From Tubiluchus corallicola (lineage: Eukaryota; Animalia; Priapulida): a stretch of DNA of 64,000 nt. The notes beneath the pieces were generated by a model. That model made no database searches and was not told the DNA's origin. It saw only the letters and a list, made by a program, of their open reading frames with translations. Numbering within the stretch: the stretch's first letter is position 1; every line of letters begins with the position of its first letter. The position numbers were made by a program, and so were the translations under genes. This document shows, in pieces, positions 1-23,425 of the stretch. The stretch covers positions 62,001 through 126,000 of the forward strand of contig JAQGDQ010000084.1 in NCBI GenBank assembly GCA_030141605.1, written 5' to 3'.

Positions 1-49
1 AAATGTTATATTGTTTTTCGTCATCTTCACACTGTATTTTGCCGTGCAG

Positions 50-3000
50 AAAATGCTTGAGACTCTCTATGGAATTCATAACGTTCACACCAACCATGGT
101 CTAGTGTTCAGCGAATGGAGTACGATTGAAAAAGATATGGGTGACGAATTGCAGGCGGCGGGACACCACATGGACATGTAAGAGTTAATTTAGATAGCAT
201 AGCAACTTGACATTTTTATATTGCATCATGTTGAATGATATGTGCTTGCAAATCAAAGCCATCCATAAGTCAGCATGGTTAAAACTACGTTATGATGCTT
301 CAAAGTCAAATGCACCAAAAATTTTGTCAATTTTGTTTTTTTATAAAAACAAACGCTAAACATTTTGGACTTATGTATACTAATATCAAATTATCAAGAA
401 AATATTCAAAAAATACTAAAAATCTAATTTTATAACCCCATACCCACTTCTCTGGCTAGAAAGTAGTACTGCAATTGTAAAAGAAACTTGTATTTTCAAA
501 CTGTGATAATAGCTCGTGGAAGCATCCATTTTGTTTCGGGTTTTTTCTGTTGACAAGCGCAGATCTTCGTCAGGAAGAGCCATCTACTGAATTAACTTCA
601 ATGTGTTCGTGTAAAGTCCATAGCAACCAATATTTGTACAATCACTAAGTGTTTTGTAGAAACACAACAAAAAACAATGGCAAACTTCAACCGTGATTTT
701 CTCAAGGTTGTGTTTTTCAGTGTGCAGCCTGCACCTCAACTTCAATGTGGATTATCTCAGCTTAGAAATAACATAGAGCGATGAACTTGGTATCAAAATG
801 ATCCTCATGAAATGGATATTCAGGATATTTGAATAACTAGAAAATCTTAATTACTGACTCATGGATGATTTTGTTATGCAATATATCAGACTTTTATATT
901 CTAGCATTAAATTATCAGGAAATGTCCAAAAATACGAAAACTCTAAATTTGTAACTGCTTACCCACTTTTCTGTCTAGAAACTAGCACTGCAATTGTAAA
1001 AAAACTGAAATTTCTAATTCCGATTGGAACTTGTAGAAGCAGCCATTTTGTTTCGGTTTTTTCTGTTGACAAAACTAGATCTTCACCAGGAAGAGCCCTC
1101 TACTGGATTTAAACATAACTTCAATTTACTCTTGTAAAATCTGTAGCAACCACACTTTCGTACAGTTGCTATGTGTTTTGTAGAGAACCACAAAAAAGCA
1201 ATGGCTGACTTTAACAACTTCAATGTGGATTATCTCGGCATAGAAATAACATAGAGTGATGAATTGATCACTCTATGGATGATTTTGTTATGCAAGCACA
1301 CATTTTACTAATTTTTATACAATTTTTAAAAACAGTTTTTTAAAAAACATCGTATTATAGCTTCCGTGACAGTTTTTGTGTAGCTTCATGTCACAATAAG
1401 TTCATACTTTCTGTAAAAAGTAAATTAAACTCGTCTTGTATTACGGTTTAGAATCCCTTTAAAACTTCGTAATTTTACATGTTAATCAATTCAGTATCAA
1501 ATATTCAGAGCTAACACACTACTTACTTGTGTTTAGGTATGCGGCGTACATTGATGCAGCACTTGAGGATGAAGAAGAGTTCGCTGATCACTTGAAAGAA
1601 TATCTTTATTATGCTGATGCTATTAGGTGATGGTTGTTTTTGCATGTATTTGCATTTTGTACAAGTGGTGCTGCATTCGTAATGTATTTGGCGACCCAGG
1701 TCATGATCAGTGACGCATTAACTGATCACAAGTATATATTTGCTAATAATTCTTACTGCAAAATCTATATAAGCTAACAGATAACCAACGAGAAGGAAGG
1801 TCCTATAAGAATTGCTAGGTAGAATCATTTTTATCCTGCATTCTTATCGTACAGTCACTCTCCGATATAAGGGACACTTCCGGACCGGAAAAAACCGTCA
1901 CTTGTATCCGATATCCCTTTTAGCCGCCTAAGTTGAGTCAGACTGAGGGTGTATCTAGACCTGTACTTTTCTGCATTTTTACCCATATTTTTATGGATTA
2001 TTACTACAAATTCAGTACAAACGGTGTGTAGGAAGTTCCTTCAGTGATGCCAGACGTATGTGACCGTAGAAATCGAGCTGTTCGAAGGCCGAGTTTGCGA
2101 AAAATTGAGGTTAAAAATCGATCAATTTCGCTTTGATCATAAGGTCCCTTATATGGGAGGTAATTTACTTACGCGGGACCTGAAGATATCGTCCCTTATA
2201 TCCGAGTACCTTATATACGAAGATTTTTACATACGAAAAACCTTTTATACAGGAGATACTATCAATAATTTTAACTCTGCTTCAGGACTGTAAGCATTTG
2301 CTACATTTTGCACGTGTTCACGAAAAACTTCTCTCACTAAGCAGCGATTATGTTATGTGTGATAATTTTTGTAGGTTTCTACTCCTCACATGATGGATTT
2401 TCATGCATTATTATATACGAAATACATTTGCTTACCTTGGACAATTTAAAAAGCAACTTTTGATGAAAAAATTTAAGAAAGCTTTCAGTAACTGCAGTGT
2501 TTGCACTGTAACAATGTACAGTATCACTTGTGTGAAATTGGCTAATGCAGAAAATTTCAACTATCCAGACACAACACTCTAATAAACTTTGACCTCATGT
2601 CTACTCTATTTTCAAGGACAAATTCCTGTTGAAAGATGAAACGACCTTAATATTTCTCCTTGGCTGATTGTTTGATTTTTCTTGGAACTCTGCACAGCAG
2701 ATAGTTCTCTTGGGCTGCCGAAGCCAGGCTATCAATAAATTAGTGTGTATGACCACACAAGTGTACAGCAGACTAAGCTACTCAATAGGCTAAGTTGGCG
2801 TGCCAGAAGAGGGTGTGCTTTTCTTAATTTTATACAATTAAATCACTTATAAATGTTTAAACATATAGCATGATTAACCAGCAGAGATTCTCCTGAATAG
2901 AACAGCACCTAATTTATAATCACTTAATTACGTCTGCACTCATACAGTAGCAGAAAAGTCATAGGTCTTATAAGACATATTTTGAACGGTCCTGAAGGAG

Positions 3001-6000
3001 TTAATGTCAGCAGAGTACTGTACTAAGAATGTACTAATAAATCTAGAAAATGACTTTGAAGATGCTTTGCAACTCTGCCGGCTGCCCACTACTGCCAAAT
3101 TGGAACCTGCAGTGAATTGATTTTTAATATGAGCGTTTATCCATTTTAATTAAGCACAATTATTTTAGATGCGTGTGTAGGAAGCATGAATTGCTTCAGC
3201 ATGAACTGGAAAAAGCGGAGAACTTGCTAGCCGCTCGTGGTCAAGAAAAAGAGCGTCTTTTGCAGGGCAAAGTTGGCTGGGTTGGTGGAATAAAGAACAG
3301 AGTAAGTCGCTTCTCTTTGTTATAAAGATAAGGTTTCGTGAGATTGTAATTAGATTAGATTGTCTTAATGCAAAACTGTTGACAATCCCTTTTGCCTGTG
3401 TGGGTTGTAATTTTTTAAATTTCGCTGTCAGAGAGAACTTTAAAGCATGCAGAAATTATCTTACAGAATGCAATGAACAAAGCTATTGCTAATACATGAA
3501 GCACTACCAGACATTAACATTGTTGAAGCAGGTATCATAATAAACATGTTTTAGTCCAGTGAACACTTAACGCAGGCAGATGTATGTAACAAACAAACTG
3601 AGCATCGCAAACACAGCAAAATATTGGAAAAAATTTTCAATTGATATTTGACCAAATCTTTGCTGCATTCTACTTTGAAGCATCATAATGTAGTTCTAAA
3701 TATGCCGACGTTTTCCATTTGCAAGTGCACATATAATCTTAAACACTTTTCACTATACTTAAGGTCACATTCGTAGGCATAGCAAACAGATTTAACTATG
3801 TACCTTCAAACATTCAGAGACATACTGAGTAGACAAACTGACGTAAGTGATTGCTATTTGAATGAAAGTGAATGCAGGCCTTTTGTTTTCATGCTAAAAA
3901 GTCACTAAATTCTGTGTAAATGGTTTTTTTCTCTCCGCAGATGTTTGGGTCAGGTTGGGAAACTCCAGAACAAAAAGAATCTCGGTTACAAGAAGCAGAA
4001 GATAACATCATTTTAGCTGAGGAAGCTGTGCTCCTGGCAACAAACCAAGTGAGGTAAATTGAATTTTTTCTTGGATATTTTATTATCGAAAACGTTGCTA
4101 TCTTTTTTTCATCAGATCCAACTAGGAATTTAATATTTGTGTGCTTACATAACAAAATCATCCATAAGTTGGCAATTACTTTTCTAGTCTTTCACATACC
4201 CTGAATCTCCATTTCATGAGGATCATTTTGATACCAAGTTCATCACTCTATGTTATTTCTATGCCGAGATAATCCACATCGAAGTTGTTAAAGGCCATTG
4301 TTTTTTTGTTGTGTCTCTACAAAACACATAGCAACTGTACGAAAGTGTGGTTGCTATGGATTTTATAAGAGCAAATTGAAGTTATGTTTAAATCCAGTAG
4401 ATGGCTCTTCCTGGTGAAGATCTGGTTTTGTCATCAGAAAAAGCCCAAAGCAAAATGGCTGCTTCTACGAGTTTCAAACGGAATTAGAAAATTCAAGTTT
4501 TTTTACAATTGCAGTGCTGGTTTCTAGACAGAAAAGTGGGTAAGCAGTTATAAAATTAGATTTTTAGTATTTTTGGACATTTCCTGATAATTTGATGCTA
4601 GAATATAAAAGTCTGATATATTTAGCATTTGTTTTCACAAAAAATAAAAAATTGACATTTAACCAAATTTTTTGGTGCTTTCTACTTTGAAGAATCTTAA
4701 CATAGTTTTAACTATGCCGACTTATGAACGGTTTTAGTTTGCAAGCACACATAGTATGCCACTTGTAGTTATAGAACGGTGCCGGTCGGGGACCATAATA
4801 AATTTAATTAAGAAAAGATAATTAATGCTTATGGTATTGTTATTCGTTTGTCACCAACACAACTTAGAAGTCTCATTTACACAGGGAAAAAATTTACTGC
4901 ATTCGACAAAGAGAGCTTATTATTACGAGCTCACTGAATTCAATGTTTGCTTCATCAGCCCACACATGCATTGTTGAGGGTGGCGTCTAGAACAATCACG
5001 TAATTTCGCAGAGCTTCCAGATATTTGTACATGTACAGTAAGTCCTCGCTTAACGACGCTAATGTGTTCCAGTAAAATGCGATGTAGCGAAGCGAATCGT
5101 CGTTAAACGAAGCCAAGGCTTCCATAGAAAGTAATGAGATATGTTCCAGAGACAAAAATCAATGCTGCTTAATTCATATATCTTAATCATTTTCTAAGTT
5201 TTATTCGTATTTCTACCGATTAATTTCTTTCTGCTTGCCTGAAATCACCTATGTATCTTCCTTAACAAATGCATTTGCCCAGAACAGTGTATGTTTTTAT
5301 ATGAACTAACGCTGATTGTCTGTCTTTTCTTATGATGGTCAATGTTTTTAATGTGGCAAATAAAGATTTTAGTCTTACTACTTATCTAGCTAGTGGTTTA
5401 GCTAGTGGTTTCTCTTTTGTTAGTGTTTAAGCCGAGGCAGTTGTTAAACAATAAACACTGCACAGTCAAAGCCAAGCTCTGGGCGACCTTGGGAATTTTA
5501 TCTAGATACTTAGTCCGGTTGCTGTAGCAACAGGTTGCACACATAAAGCTTGCCGTAGATTTTACTTGATAGCAGTCGGTCGAGAAGAAAAATTGTATAT
5601 AATAATTACACTGTTTGTTTTACTAGTGCATAAAAAAGGGTTTCCAATGATCAGCGTCGTTAAAACGAAACATCGCTAAACGGGGAGTCGTTAAGCGAGG
5701 ACTTACTGTAACACTGTAGAATAATAATAATAATAATAATTACACTGTTTGTGTTACTAATGTATTTTTAGAACAGGATAATGCAATATGTATCGTTTTA
5801 ATGCATCAAATTAGGTGAAAATGTTGTGAGTCTTTAAGTGAAAAAAGGTGTCGAATGATCAGCGTTGCTAAAACGAAACGTCGCTAAACGGGGTTCTCGT
5901 TAAGCAACTACTTACTGTAATACTGTAGAATTACCTATAATGATTTATACATCATAGTGGTGATTCTATAATGTTCTGGAACCTTAATTATACAATAAAA

Positions 6001-9000
6001 CTACCTGTAGGTATAAGTAGTGTTGATTGATCGGCTGGCATGTGTAAAGTGATTTTCTTGTGTGAACTTTGTGTTTTGGATTTTCATTTGCATACTTTTA
6101 AAAGTCCTTTATAACTACTACATTAATAATTACAGCTTGAGCTAATAAACTAACTTGAACTTTGAACTTGTAATGTACTTTATTAATTTTACCTGTGATA
6201 TTAACAACCTTTGTGTTCTGTGCAGAAATTAATTTCAACTGTTTTGTTCAAAACACTGCTTTATTTTGTCCCTGTTGTTAAATGTAACATTATTCTTTGT
6301 TTTACAATTTTTATTTGTTAAATAGATACGTGAGTGGCGGCTTGTAGCTAAAATTAGTGAGGGTGCTGCTTCAGAAAATTGTACTACCCTTACATGATGC
6401 TCTGGTTCTGTACAAGTATAAAGAAAGAACTGAAGAAAAAAGACATTATATGGAATATTATTGATATTGATAACATTGAGTGAAAATAGGGGGTGCTGCT
6501 GTTTCACAGTACCTATACACGAGCTGTCACTGAGATACACATTTTTGCGAACTGTAACAAACTGTAACAACTGTGCAAACTGTAACTTGTGGCTTACAAG
6601 TTATTTCATTATTAGTGCCTTCACTGATGCTGCGCTAGAAGAAGCCGAACGATTCAAACAGCAGAAAAACAAAGACATTAAGGACATTTTGAGTTCCTAC
6701 ATTGACAGGCATATTAACATGTGTAAGAAAGTAAGTGTACTGAACACGTTTAAATTACATTGAAATCATTGTTACCCATATAAAGCTCACTAATTCATCT
6801 AAACTCGGCCAAAACAAGAAATATCTTCTCAGGATTTCAAAGAACTTTGTTCTGCTATAATTTTAGTTCGTATCCGCACGACTAGAGGAAGGATTTTTAG
6901 TTTTTGGACTAGAAACTATCGCATTAACATTTTCAAGGTTGTAGTAAGCAAGCAATATATTGTCATTATATTATAGAAATAATGAAATTTGTGCGGTTTT
7001 ACATACTGCATTAGAAAAAATTAACACAAATAAATTCAATCAGTCGTTACATCAATTTACAGCATTACAAACGCTGATCAATTTATTCAGTGACACAGAG
7101 AATACAGTGTTCCCTCACTTATCATGGGTGTTCCGTTACCCATGAAATGAGTGAATTTCCGCGAAGTATGGACGCTATATTTATTTTAGTAGTTATACAT
7201 TATTTTAAGTCTTTATAAACTCTCCCCACACTCTTATACATAACCCTTTCCCATTCCGTTAATAACTTTTCCCATACTGTACAATACGTACTACACATGT
7301 GCAAAATACTTTAGGAGTACCGCAAAAATCCGCAAAACAGCAAAAATACCGCGATAAATATTACACATTAATATTTTTGAAAACTCGCGAGTCTGCGATA
7401 AATGAACATGCGAAGTAGCGAGGGAACACTGTATTGCAAATTTTCTGGAATTTAATTTGCTGAAATTTACTGTTGATGGTGCAAATTGTAACGTGATAGA
7501 AAGAATTTAAAGTTCTTGTGATTTTAGCTTTAAGTGAACCGTATCTACGACCAGAGGGGAGCGTTTCAAAAAACTTGTTACCTGGATGGCATTTGTTATT
7601 AATAATAACTTGTGCTCTCTTTGCAACTCTCGCCTCGTGCAACTGTGTTACAGGTTGCTGTTCAATTTCTATTACGCTTATGAGGAACCTACTGCGGGTT
7701 ATGGCTGATGGCTTACAGTAGATAAACTGCAGTTAGCAGAAGACGGAAAACAGATTATCTGTGTGAGAGGGACCATTGGTAAACAAACGTTCATTTTTCA
7801 TGAGGCGGCTTTTTCTCCTCGCGGCTTATGGATTGTGTCCAGCTCCATGTGACACCGGTCTCCAGCTCTGCATTGTGTCCAGCTCCATGTGACACCGGTC
7901 TCCAGCTCTGCATTGTGTCCAGCTCCATGTGACACCGGTCGTATTCTGCCGATATTTGGAGTTGAAGAGAAACTGTGAAGAGTGCCATGATGACCCTTTG
8001 GTGGACAACTTTGAGAGAAATAGTTGAATTTTTTAATGATTCATGATGACAATATGCAGGAGAATAAAATACAAACGTAATGATTTTTTCACAATATTTA
8101 TAACCTAGAAATGTTTTTCGGTTAAATTATTTAATACACAAACATTTTTTTTAACTATTTTGGAAACTTTAAAATATTTCGCAACTAAAAATCCTCCCTC
8201 TAGTCATAACCAGGGATTGTTATCTGCTGATTTTCTTCCTATTACTGTGGAAGTCAATGTGACCTGTTCGTCGTCCATTTGTGTGCTTCCACATAGCAGG
8301 TGTATTAATTTTGCAATTTGCCCTATCATTTGTGATTCAGTAATTCGAAGGTGATGATGAAAAATTGTATTTAGAATCTTCTGATTAAAGGGAAACCGGA
8401 CGATTGTGTAAACACGAGTTTAGAATAAAGAATGCTCTAAAACATTGAAAACTACAATGGCTTTTTTAAATCAATGTTTAAATTAAATAGTAATTACTTC
8501 GGATACTCAAATTTTGTTAAACTTTCAAAGCTACGCGCAGCTCAGTGAATCTGCTAAGGTTGGCAACGGCGCCTTTTTGTCATATTCGCGTAGCCAACAA
8601 ATAGAAGGTGGTACCGTGACAACCATGATCATGAACTGCAGTGTTAGTTTTTGACGTCATATGATGTAGAGCCCATTTTCGTGACATCATGTGTTTAAAC
8701 AGTAACACTTGCACAAATGTTCTTGACGTGCAAGGGAAGATGCCTGCCATTGCACAAACTGTGGTTAGTTTATGATGTAAGCAATAGCTGTGTTCGGCTA
8801 CCGTTAATTAACTTTCTAAGCTAATTATTCAAATATAGGAAACAATTGCTAACATTTCTAGGCAAGAGAATGTGCACTTTGGACAGTAAATTAAAATGAG
8901 ATTGAGTCTAAACAATCGTCCGGTCTTCCTTTAAAAATCCCTTTTTAACTGATGTGCCACATTTACTTGTTAATGATTGATTAAAGTCGGTTGATCATTT

Positions 9001-9352
9001 TAAAGTCTGAAAACTTACTATTTTAATGAAGCCTTCAGTGGTTGAGATAATCTTGTACTCTTTACTATTGTTTACATGTTTCATGGCACTGCTTTTATTA
9101 TTTTACTCAATTTTCCATCTTTTTATTATTTTTCCTTTCTTTGTCACATTCAATGTACGTTTAATCAAATCAATGTGCCACGGTCTTAAATATCTTATGA
9201 ATTAGTTTTTTACTAATTTTGATGATCTTTTATTTATAAGATGCATTTTATCATCCTGTAAAATGCATTAAAAATACTCAATAAGTTATTTATTATTATT
9301 TCAGGGAAAACAGATTTGGCGCAGTGCAAAGAGTCGCTTTGAAAAGCTGTAA
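50..9352 (+). CDS. SNX4: Sorting nexin-4, C-terminal BAR-domain exons; 5' part lies outside the window. join(50..177,1537..1626,3169..3301,3941..4053,6616..6730,9305..9352)
   Basis: Six GT-AG exons in consistent phase translate to KMLETLYGIHNVHTNHGLVFSEWSTIEKDMGDELQAAGHHMDMYAAYIDAALEDEEEFADHLKEYLYYADAIRCVCRKHELLQ...ETPEQKESRL...ERFKQQKNKDIKDIL...MCKKGKQIWRSAKSRFEKL*. This is colinear with vertebrate SNX4 as I recall it (VFSEWSAIEKEMGDGLQSAGHHMD...ERFKEQKNRDLKE). Confidence 0.93.
240..1301 (+). mobile_element. MITE family A copy (~640 bp) with its right half tandemly duplicated (~881-1301)
   Basis: TIRs GTGCTTGCA..CATCCATAAGTC / ATGGATGATTTTGTTATGCAAGCACAC; homologous to five other copies in the window. 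Confidence 0.85.
1852..2250 (+). mobile_element. Tc1/pogo-type MITE, truncated; same family as 27992-28465
   Basis: TA|CAGTCACTCTCCGATATAAGGGAC start; internal sequence nearly identical to the 27992 copy. Confidence 0.75.
4139..4750 (-). mobile_element. MITE family A copy
   Basis: GTGTGCTT...GCAAGCACAC termini; reverse complement of the 240-880 copy. Confidence 0.85.
5036..5708. mobile_element. Tigger/pogo-like MITE; right end duplicated again at ~5735-5918; related copy at ~24233-25072
   Basis: TA|CAGTAAGTCCTCGCTTAACGAC...GTCGTTAAGCGAGGACTTACTG|TA, a perfect 22-bp TIR with a TA TSD. Confidence 0.88.
6332..6532 (-). mobile_element. hAT-like MITE family D, short copy
   Basis: AGTGGCGGCTTGT...ACGAGCTGTCACTG termini; imperfect 8-bp TSD AGATACGT/AGATACAC. 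Confidence 0.75.
7105..7431 (+). mobile_element. Tigger/pogo-like MITE; other copies at 12618-13173 and 41856-42150
   Basis: TA|CAGTGTTCCCTC...GAGGGAACACTG|TA TIR. Confidence 0.85.
7465..7700 (-). mobile_element. Rex1/Babar-like LINE, 3' ORF2 fragment
   Basis: Translation IINNKCHPGNKFFETLPSGRRYGSLKAKITRTLNSFY matches the HP..LF..LPSGRRYRS....T.R..NSF C-terminal motif of these LINEs. Confidence 0.75.
7832..7940. repeat. 40-bp tandem repeat, ~2.7 identical copies
   Basis: Unit ATTGTGTCCAGCTCCATGTGACACCGGTCTCCAGCTCTGC. Confidence 0.9.
8389..8930. mobile_element. Kolobok-like non-autonomous DNA transposon
   Basis: TTAA|AGGGAAACCGGACGATTGT...ACAATCGTCCGGTCTTCCT|TTAA: TTAA TSD with AG..CT termini. 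Confidence 0.75.
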
Positions 9353-9694
9353 GTTTGTTTGGCCTGGATAGTTTCAACTCAGGGCAGAATATGGGAACGT
9401 GTTTCTGTATTTGTTAGTGTTGCTTGACAGGTTGTACGTGATGGAGTGTCTATGCAAGCCGTGGTGGTAATCTCATAATTTAGTTTATTTTTGTTAAATT
9501 TTCATTATTAAATTTTTATAGTAATGTGATTTTATGATCACTCTTGTTGCTACAATTGTTTGTTTGCAGTGCAGCTAACTATTAGGCTTATTAACTTTTT
9601 TTAAACTCATTTTAGATAAATATCACTAATAGAAAAATATCTTGAAGACAGCAGTTAGTTTGAGAATTCGAGCCAAATAACTACTTCATCTGGT

Positions 9695-10102
9695 CAGGGG
9701 CGTATCAATATGCCCTAAGCTGATAATTCTGTATCGCCCATCTTTATTGTGAATTTATGGTTGCTTATGTAATGAGTTGATTAAACAATTACTTGTGGTT
9801 TCTTAGAAACACTGTCAACTTAGTTTCTGCGTGGTCATTATTAATTACATGTATTTGCATAGCGCTTATATTGAAATAGGCTAAGCAACTGGTTGTTGTG
9901 TCGTTGCACCTCTTCGTTATGTGGCACTTACATAGAAGTTGCGCTCAGTAACTGCCTGTGGTGTGTTATAAACTGCACCCTTTACATACATACGAAAGTA
10001 TACACATTTTCTGAGAATTAGAATTTTTTCTAAAATGTGGCATCCTCAAACTTTGGCGCCCTAAACTATAGCCTAGTTAACCTATTGGTTAATACACCCC
10101 TA
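9695..10102. mobile_element. hAT-like MITE just downstream of the SNX4 stop
   Basis: CAGGGGCGTAT...ATACACCCCTA termini; 8-bp TSD CATCTGGT/CATCTGGA. Confidence 0.75.
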
Positions 10103-10557
10103 CATCTGGAAAGTGATTTTAGGTACCACCAACCGTGTTTAAAATTAGTGGGAATCTGATTAATGAATGTTTGTTTATATTGGCAATGAAGCCTTAGGGA
10201 CCAATTTAGGACTAAGATTTTTCACTCATGTATATTGTAGATACAAATGATAATCACGTGTTATATTGAAGTAATTTACACTAGTGTTAATTTTCTTTTC
10301 GTTTCGCTCTTTGGTTACTATGGCAACCTTAGAAATATCATCTCCTTTTTAAAGTGAACTGTTCGTGACCACTGATCACATTTAAAGAGTTAAAAAAATT
10401 TTAATATGTAAACCTCTAAGTATGTTATGCCTTTAAGCATATTTAATAAACATTCCAGTATCTTATTTTGTTTCTTCGAATAGCAAGAAAAATTCATTCG
10501 AAATACATTTCAATTTGTTGGTTAAAGTGGGGCAAGCGCAGCTCAGCATATGATAAC

Positions 10558-10962
10558 TACGGTGAGCATCAAAACTTCGAGTTCGAACGTTCAGATTTGA
10601 TTCGAACGAGCTTTTTAGTTCCAATTCGATTTGAACCTAAAATTATAGATTAGAATAATTCAGCACATCAACCACATAGGCTCTTTATCATTAAAATGTT
10701 TGAAACAGCATGCAATTAACACAGTTTAGCTGCAGTTTCTGTGCAAAATTTTCAACAAACTAGTAGTGGTTTTACTGCAGAACAAAATCAAGTAATATGC
10801 ATGATCTTTGTAAGATCAGTTTTTACTAGTGGTTCGAAAACTCGTTCGAAAATCTTTCAAACTCAATTCGAATTCGAAATACTGAATTTCAAGTTCGATT
10901 CAAATTCGAAAGTGATTAGATTCGATTCGAGTTCGCTTTCTGGTAAAGAATGCTCACCTCTA
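10558..10962 (+). mobile_element. hAT-like MITE family E (TTCGAA-rich subterminal repeats)
   Basis: GGTGAGC...GCTCACCTCTA termini; TSD ATGATAAC/ATGGTAAC; homologous to 22651-23090 and ~58800-59125. Confidence 0.82.
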
Positions 10963-11295
10963 ATGGTAACTTAAAAACTAGTCAAACAAAGGAAATATCC
11001 GAATTTACACATTTTTTATAATAAATGCATGTTTTACAGATAAACCATTCACAAGTCTCAAATTATGATAAACAAATTTACCATTTAAAATGAAAAACTG
11101 TAAGCTTAGAGGCACAGACAATTGCACACGGTGAATATAACTTTACCGATTAGCTGAAAAAGAAATTATTCCAGCAATTATCCAATAATCCGACAAAAAC
11201 CAACCTTAAAATTGTACAATGTTCAGTCATCATCTTCTGGATAATCACTAAATGCAAACAGCGGTCATTCAGTTAATAAACATGTACATTATAAT

Positions 11296-11949
11296 CAGGG
11301 ATGCTAACGAAACTGAAGTTACAAACCAAAACCGAAATTTATGAAACATAGCAAACCGATACCGAAATGAAACCAAACCGAAATCATTTTTGCAAAACCA
11401 ACTGCTATCAAAACTAAAAAAAATTCTGAAATAAATAAAATACTTTGTTTTTGTTCGTTTGCTTTTATTTACTCTGATACAAGCTTGACGAAGCAGCTAA
11501 GCAAAAAATCGTAGCAAAAAAAAGTAGAACAACGTTTATGAGATCACAAAGTTTCAAAAAAATTGATAAATGTTATTTTTGTAAATATTTTGTTGCTTAT
11601 ATTTCATAAATTATAAAATTAAACTTGATTTATTCAAATTATAGTTTGACATTTCGGTTGATTGTGCCTGGAGACCTTAAAGCTTCACAGTCTCAGCACT
11701 GAAGATATGCCACATTGCCATAAAAAGCATGATACAAATGGTACAAAAAGTTAAATAAACGATATTTACACTTTATTTGAACTATTCTAACCAAAATTTT
11801 TCAGCGATTTTTAACATCTAGAAGAAAAAATAGGTAAGCTGGATAAGTACTACTAAAACTGCAGAAAAATGCTACCGAAAGTTTCAGCTGCGAAACTCGA
11901 TAATTTTCGGCAAAAACGAAATGAAATTTTCGTTTCGGTAACATCCCTG
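11296..11949. mobile_element. hAT-like MITE (AACCGAA-rich) downstream of the PSMA2 stop
   Basis: CAGGGATG...CATCCCTG TIR; TSD ATTATAAT/ATTGTAAT. Confidence 0.82.
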
Positions 11950-12212
11950 ATTGTAATCAGCAAAAATCAACTAACTGGTGACAAGGTTCCATAATGATGG
12001 TGATGTCAGAAATGATAATGATGCATTCTTGCCAACAAAAAGAGGTAAGAACAAAAAACATTAGAAGTCACATTCACGGAAAACGCGTTGAGCTAATCAA
12101 AAATTGTACATATGAAGACAGCTCAGGCCGGCGATATAACAACGTAAATGAATTAAGTTGTCCAAGCAAGACTCCGGATCACTAGTTTCAAAGAGATCGC
12201 ACAGTTTGCAAG

Positions 12213-20892
<8,680 letters not shown>

Positions 20893-21132
20893 TGTTAAAG
20901 ACTGATGTGCTACCACCCGACGACCACAGCATTAACAACAGTAGCAGTAAATTTTATTTAGTCAAATTTTATTCACACTTCAGCTTCTGTAACACAAGTT
21001 TGAAAAAGTGAACACTTCACAATGTATTACGAGAATATACGTACTATACTATTTTGATAATAGGAATCCTATGAAATATTAAAGCATTAACACGAAAAGT
21101 ATTAAAGTAAAATGCTAAAAATACGTGTAAGT
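20893..21132. promoter_or_regulatory. Putative bidirectional promoter for PSMA2 and ATP6V1F, with candidate non-coding exon donor GTAAGT at 21127
   Basis: The genes are head-to-head. The ATP6V1F ATG follows an acceptor (TTTCACTAG|AAAAGAATG), and a perfect donor lies 235 bp from the PSMA2 ATG. Inference only. Confidence 0.5.
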
Positions 21133-22564
21133 ACTTGAATGAAAAGCAAGTTGCACATGTACATTTGTAATTTGCTCAGTTGACAGTGAAGATTCCATTG
21201 ATTATTCCTCTTATTCCATTAAAGTTGGAGTTGATTTCATAGACTATAAGTGGATACGCCATTAGTGAATGTTAGCATGCTAATGATTATTACTTAGCAA
21301 TTGATTAATGCCTGTATCTGTCTGTGTGAATCTGTCTGCCCCATAACTAAATGGCTGGAATAACTAATTTGTGATACACATAAAGATGCACTGATTCTGT
21401 ATTTATGTGCAATAGTATGCCTAAGCCTCCTAGCATACCATTCTCTTTAAATGCTTTACTAATGGTGACTTTAAGGTACACTTATATACAATTAAAAATT
21501 TATCTATGGCATATTTAAATCTGATAGTTGTTTGTTTATGATTATTTCTTAAGGTAGCTTATTGAAGTAAATTCCAAAATTTCTGCTTTTGAGAATTTTT
21601 ACACATGTCATTCTTTTTGTTAGGGTTATTGAATTCCTTTTGTCGACAAGTAAATTTCCTTTAGATTTAGATATAGATATGTTATATACAATGTCAACGC
21701 ATAGAACTGGCTTGTTGGAGCTGACCTTAAGCTTACAACTACGACACTGATTTAATAATTGTTGTTACCAGCCTGCACACCAGAAATGTCACCTAGTTAA
21801 AAAAGCTTCCTGATTTAGTGAAGTGTTGCCTGTCAAAATATATAATGAAAAAGTTGCCACATCAGTAGTTCATTGTCACAGTTACTCACTAGATTCTCTG
21901 ACTAATTCGCAGTTAGACTCTTGAACTACTTTCAAGTTTGGCAAACTTGGCTAATTGAAAAAAGTTATATGTCATCACTCATATATCATAGTTAAATGGT
22001 TTGAAACAGTCAAAACAAAAAGTGATTCGTACTAAAATAAACAGACAAACACTAAACCCACAGTTTGGTGTATTTTTATCATCTTTGACTATTAACCGTT
22101 GTAACAATACAGTGTAGCTCACCACATTCTCAGGCTAAACCAAAATATAAAGAGCAGCAATAAAATTTTTTGTTGAACGTATTTATATAAGTGGTCTAGC
22201 AAAGAAAGTTTCACAAGTTCAAAATTGATGTGAAGATCATAACAAAAAAGCCCCCAAAACCTCTTTTTAGTTTCTTATGACCTCTTTGCAAAAAGAATCT
22301 GTAGAACTCGTGAAGCTTCAGCCTTTGACAACATGATAAATTGTCTAATCCTGCACGAATCCTCGCAATTACTGCTCTTGATCAAAAATAGTAAATTTTG
22401 TGGCAGTGAATTTTTAATGACTTTCTTGGTCAACTGTATTGTGTACGACAGTCTAGTGATGAGCCATATTGTATATGACATATCACGTTTTGAATTAATT
22501 CAATCGACAGAATTTAATTCGTCAGCATGCACTTAAAAGCTATAATTTTAGATGTGCTAGTTTC

Positions 22565-23228
<664 letters not shown>

Positions 23229-23425
23229 AAAAAGACCCAACAAGTTTATGGTTAAGGCTAAAAAAGAAAATGAATCAAATGTTAGTTGAAACGATTGATC
23301 ACCGATCGACTGGATTGTTGTGGCTGGTGGAAAATTCATTTTTACTTATATGTGTAGTTTGCAAGTTAAAAAGAAACAGATAATTAATGCACTTGTGTTT
23401 TATTTGCACATTTCACTAGAAAAGA

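Noticed and set aside
22275-22536. Short overlapping ORFs upstream of the ATP6V1F start codon
   Set aside because: No recognisable motif, no flanking splice signals, and stops in the adjacent frames.
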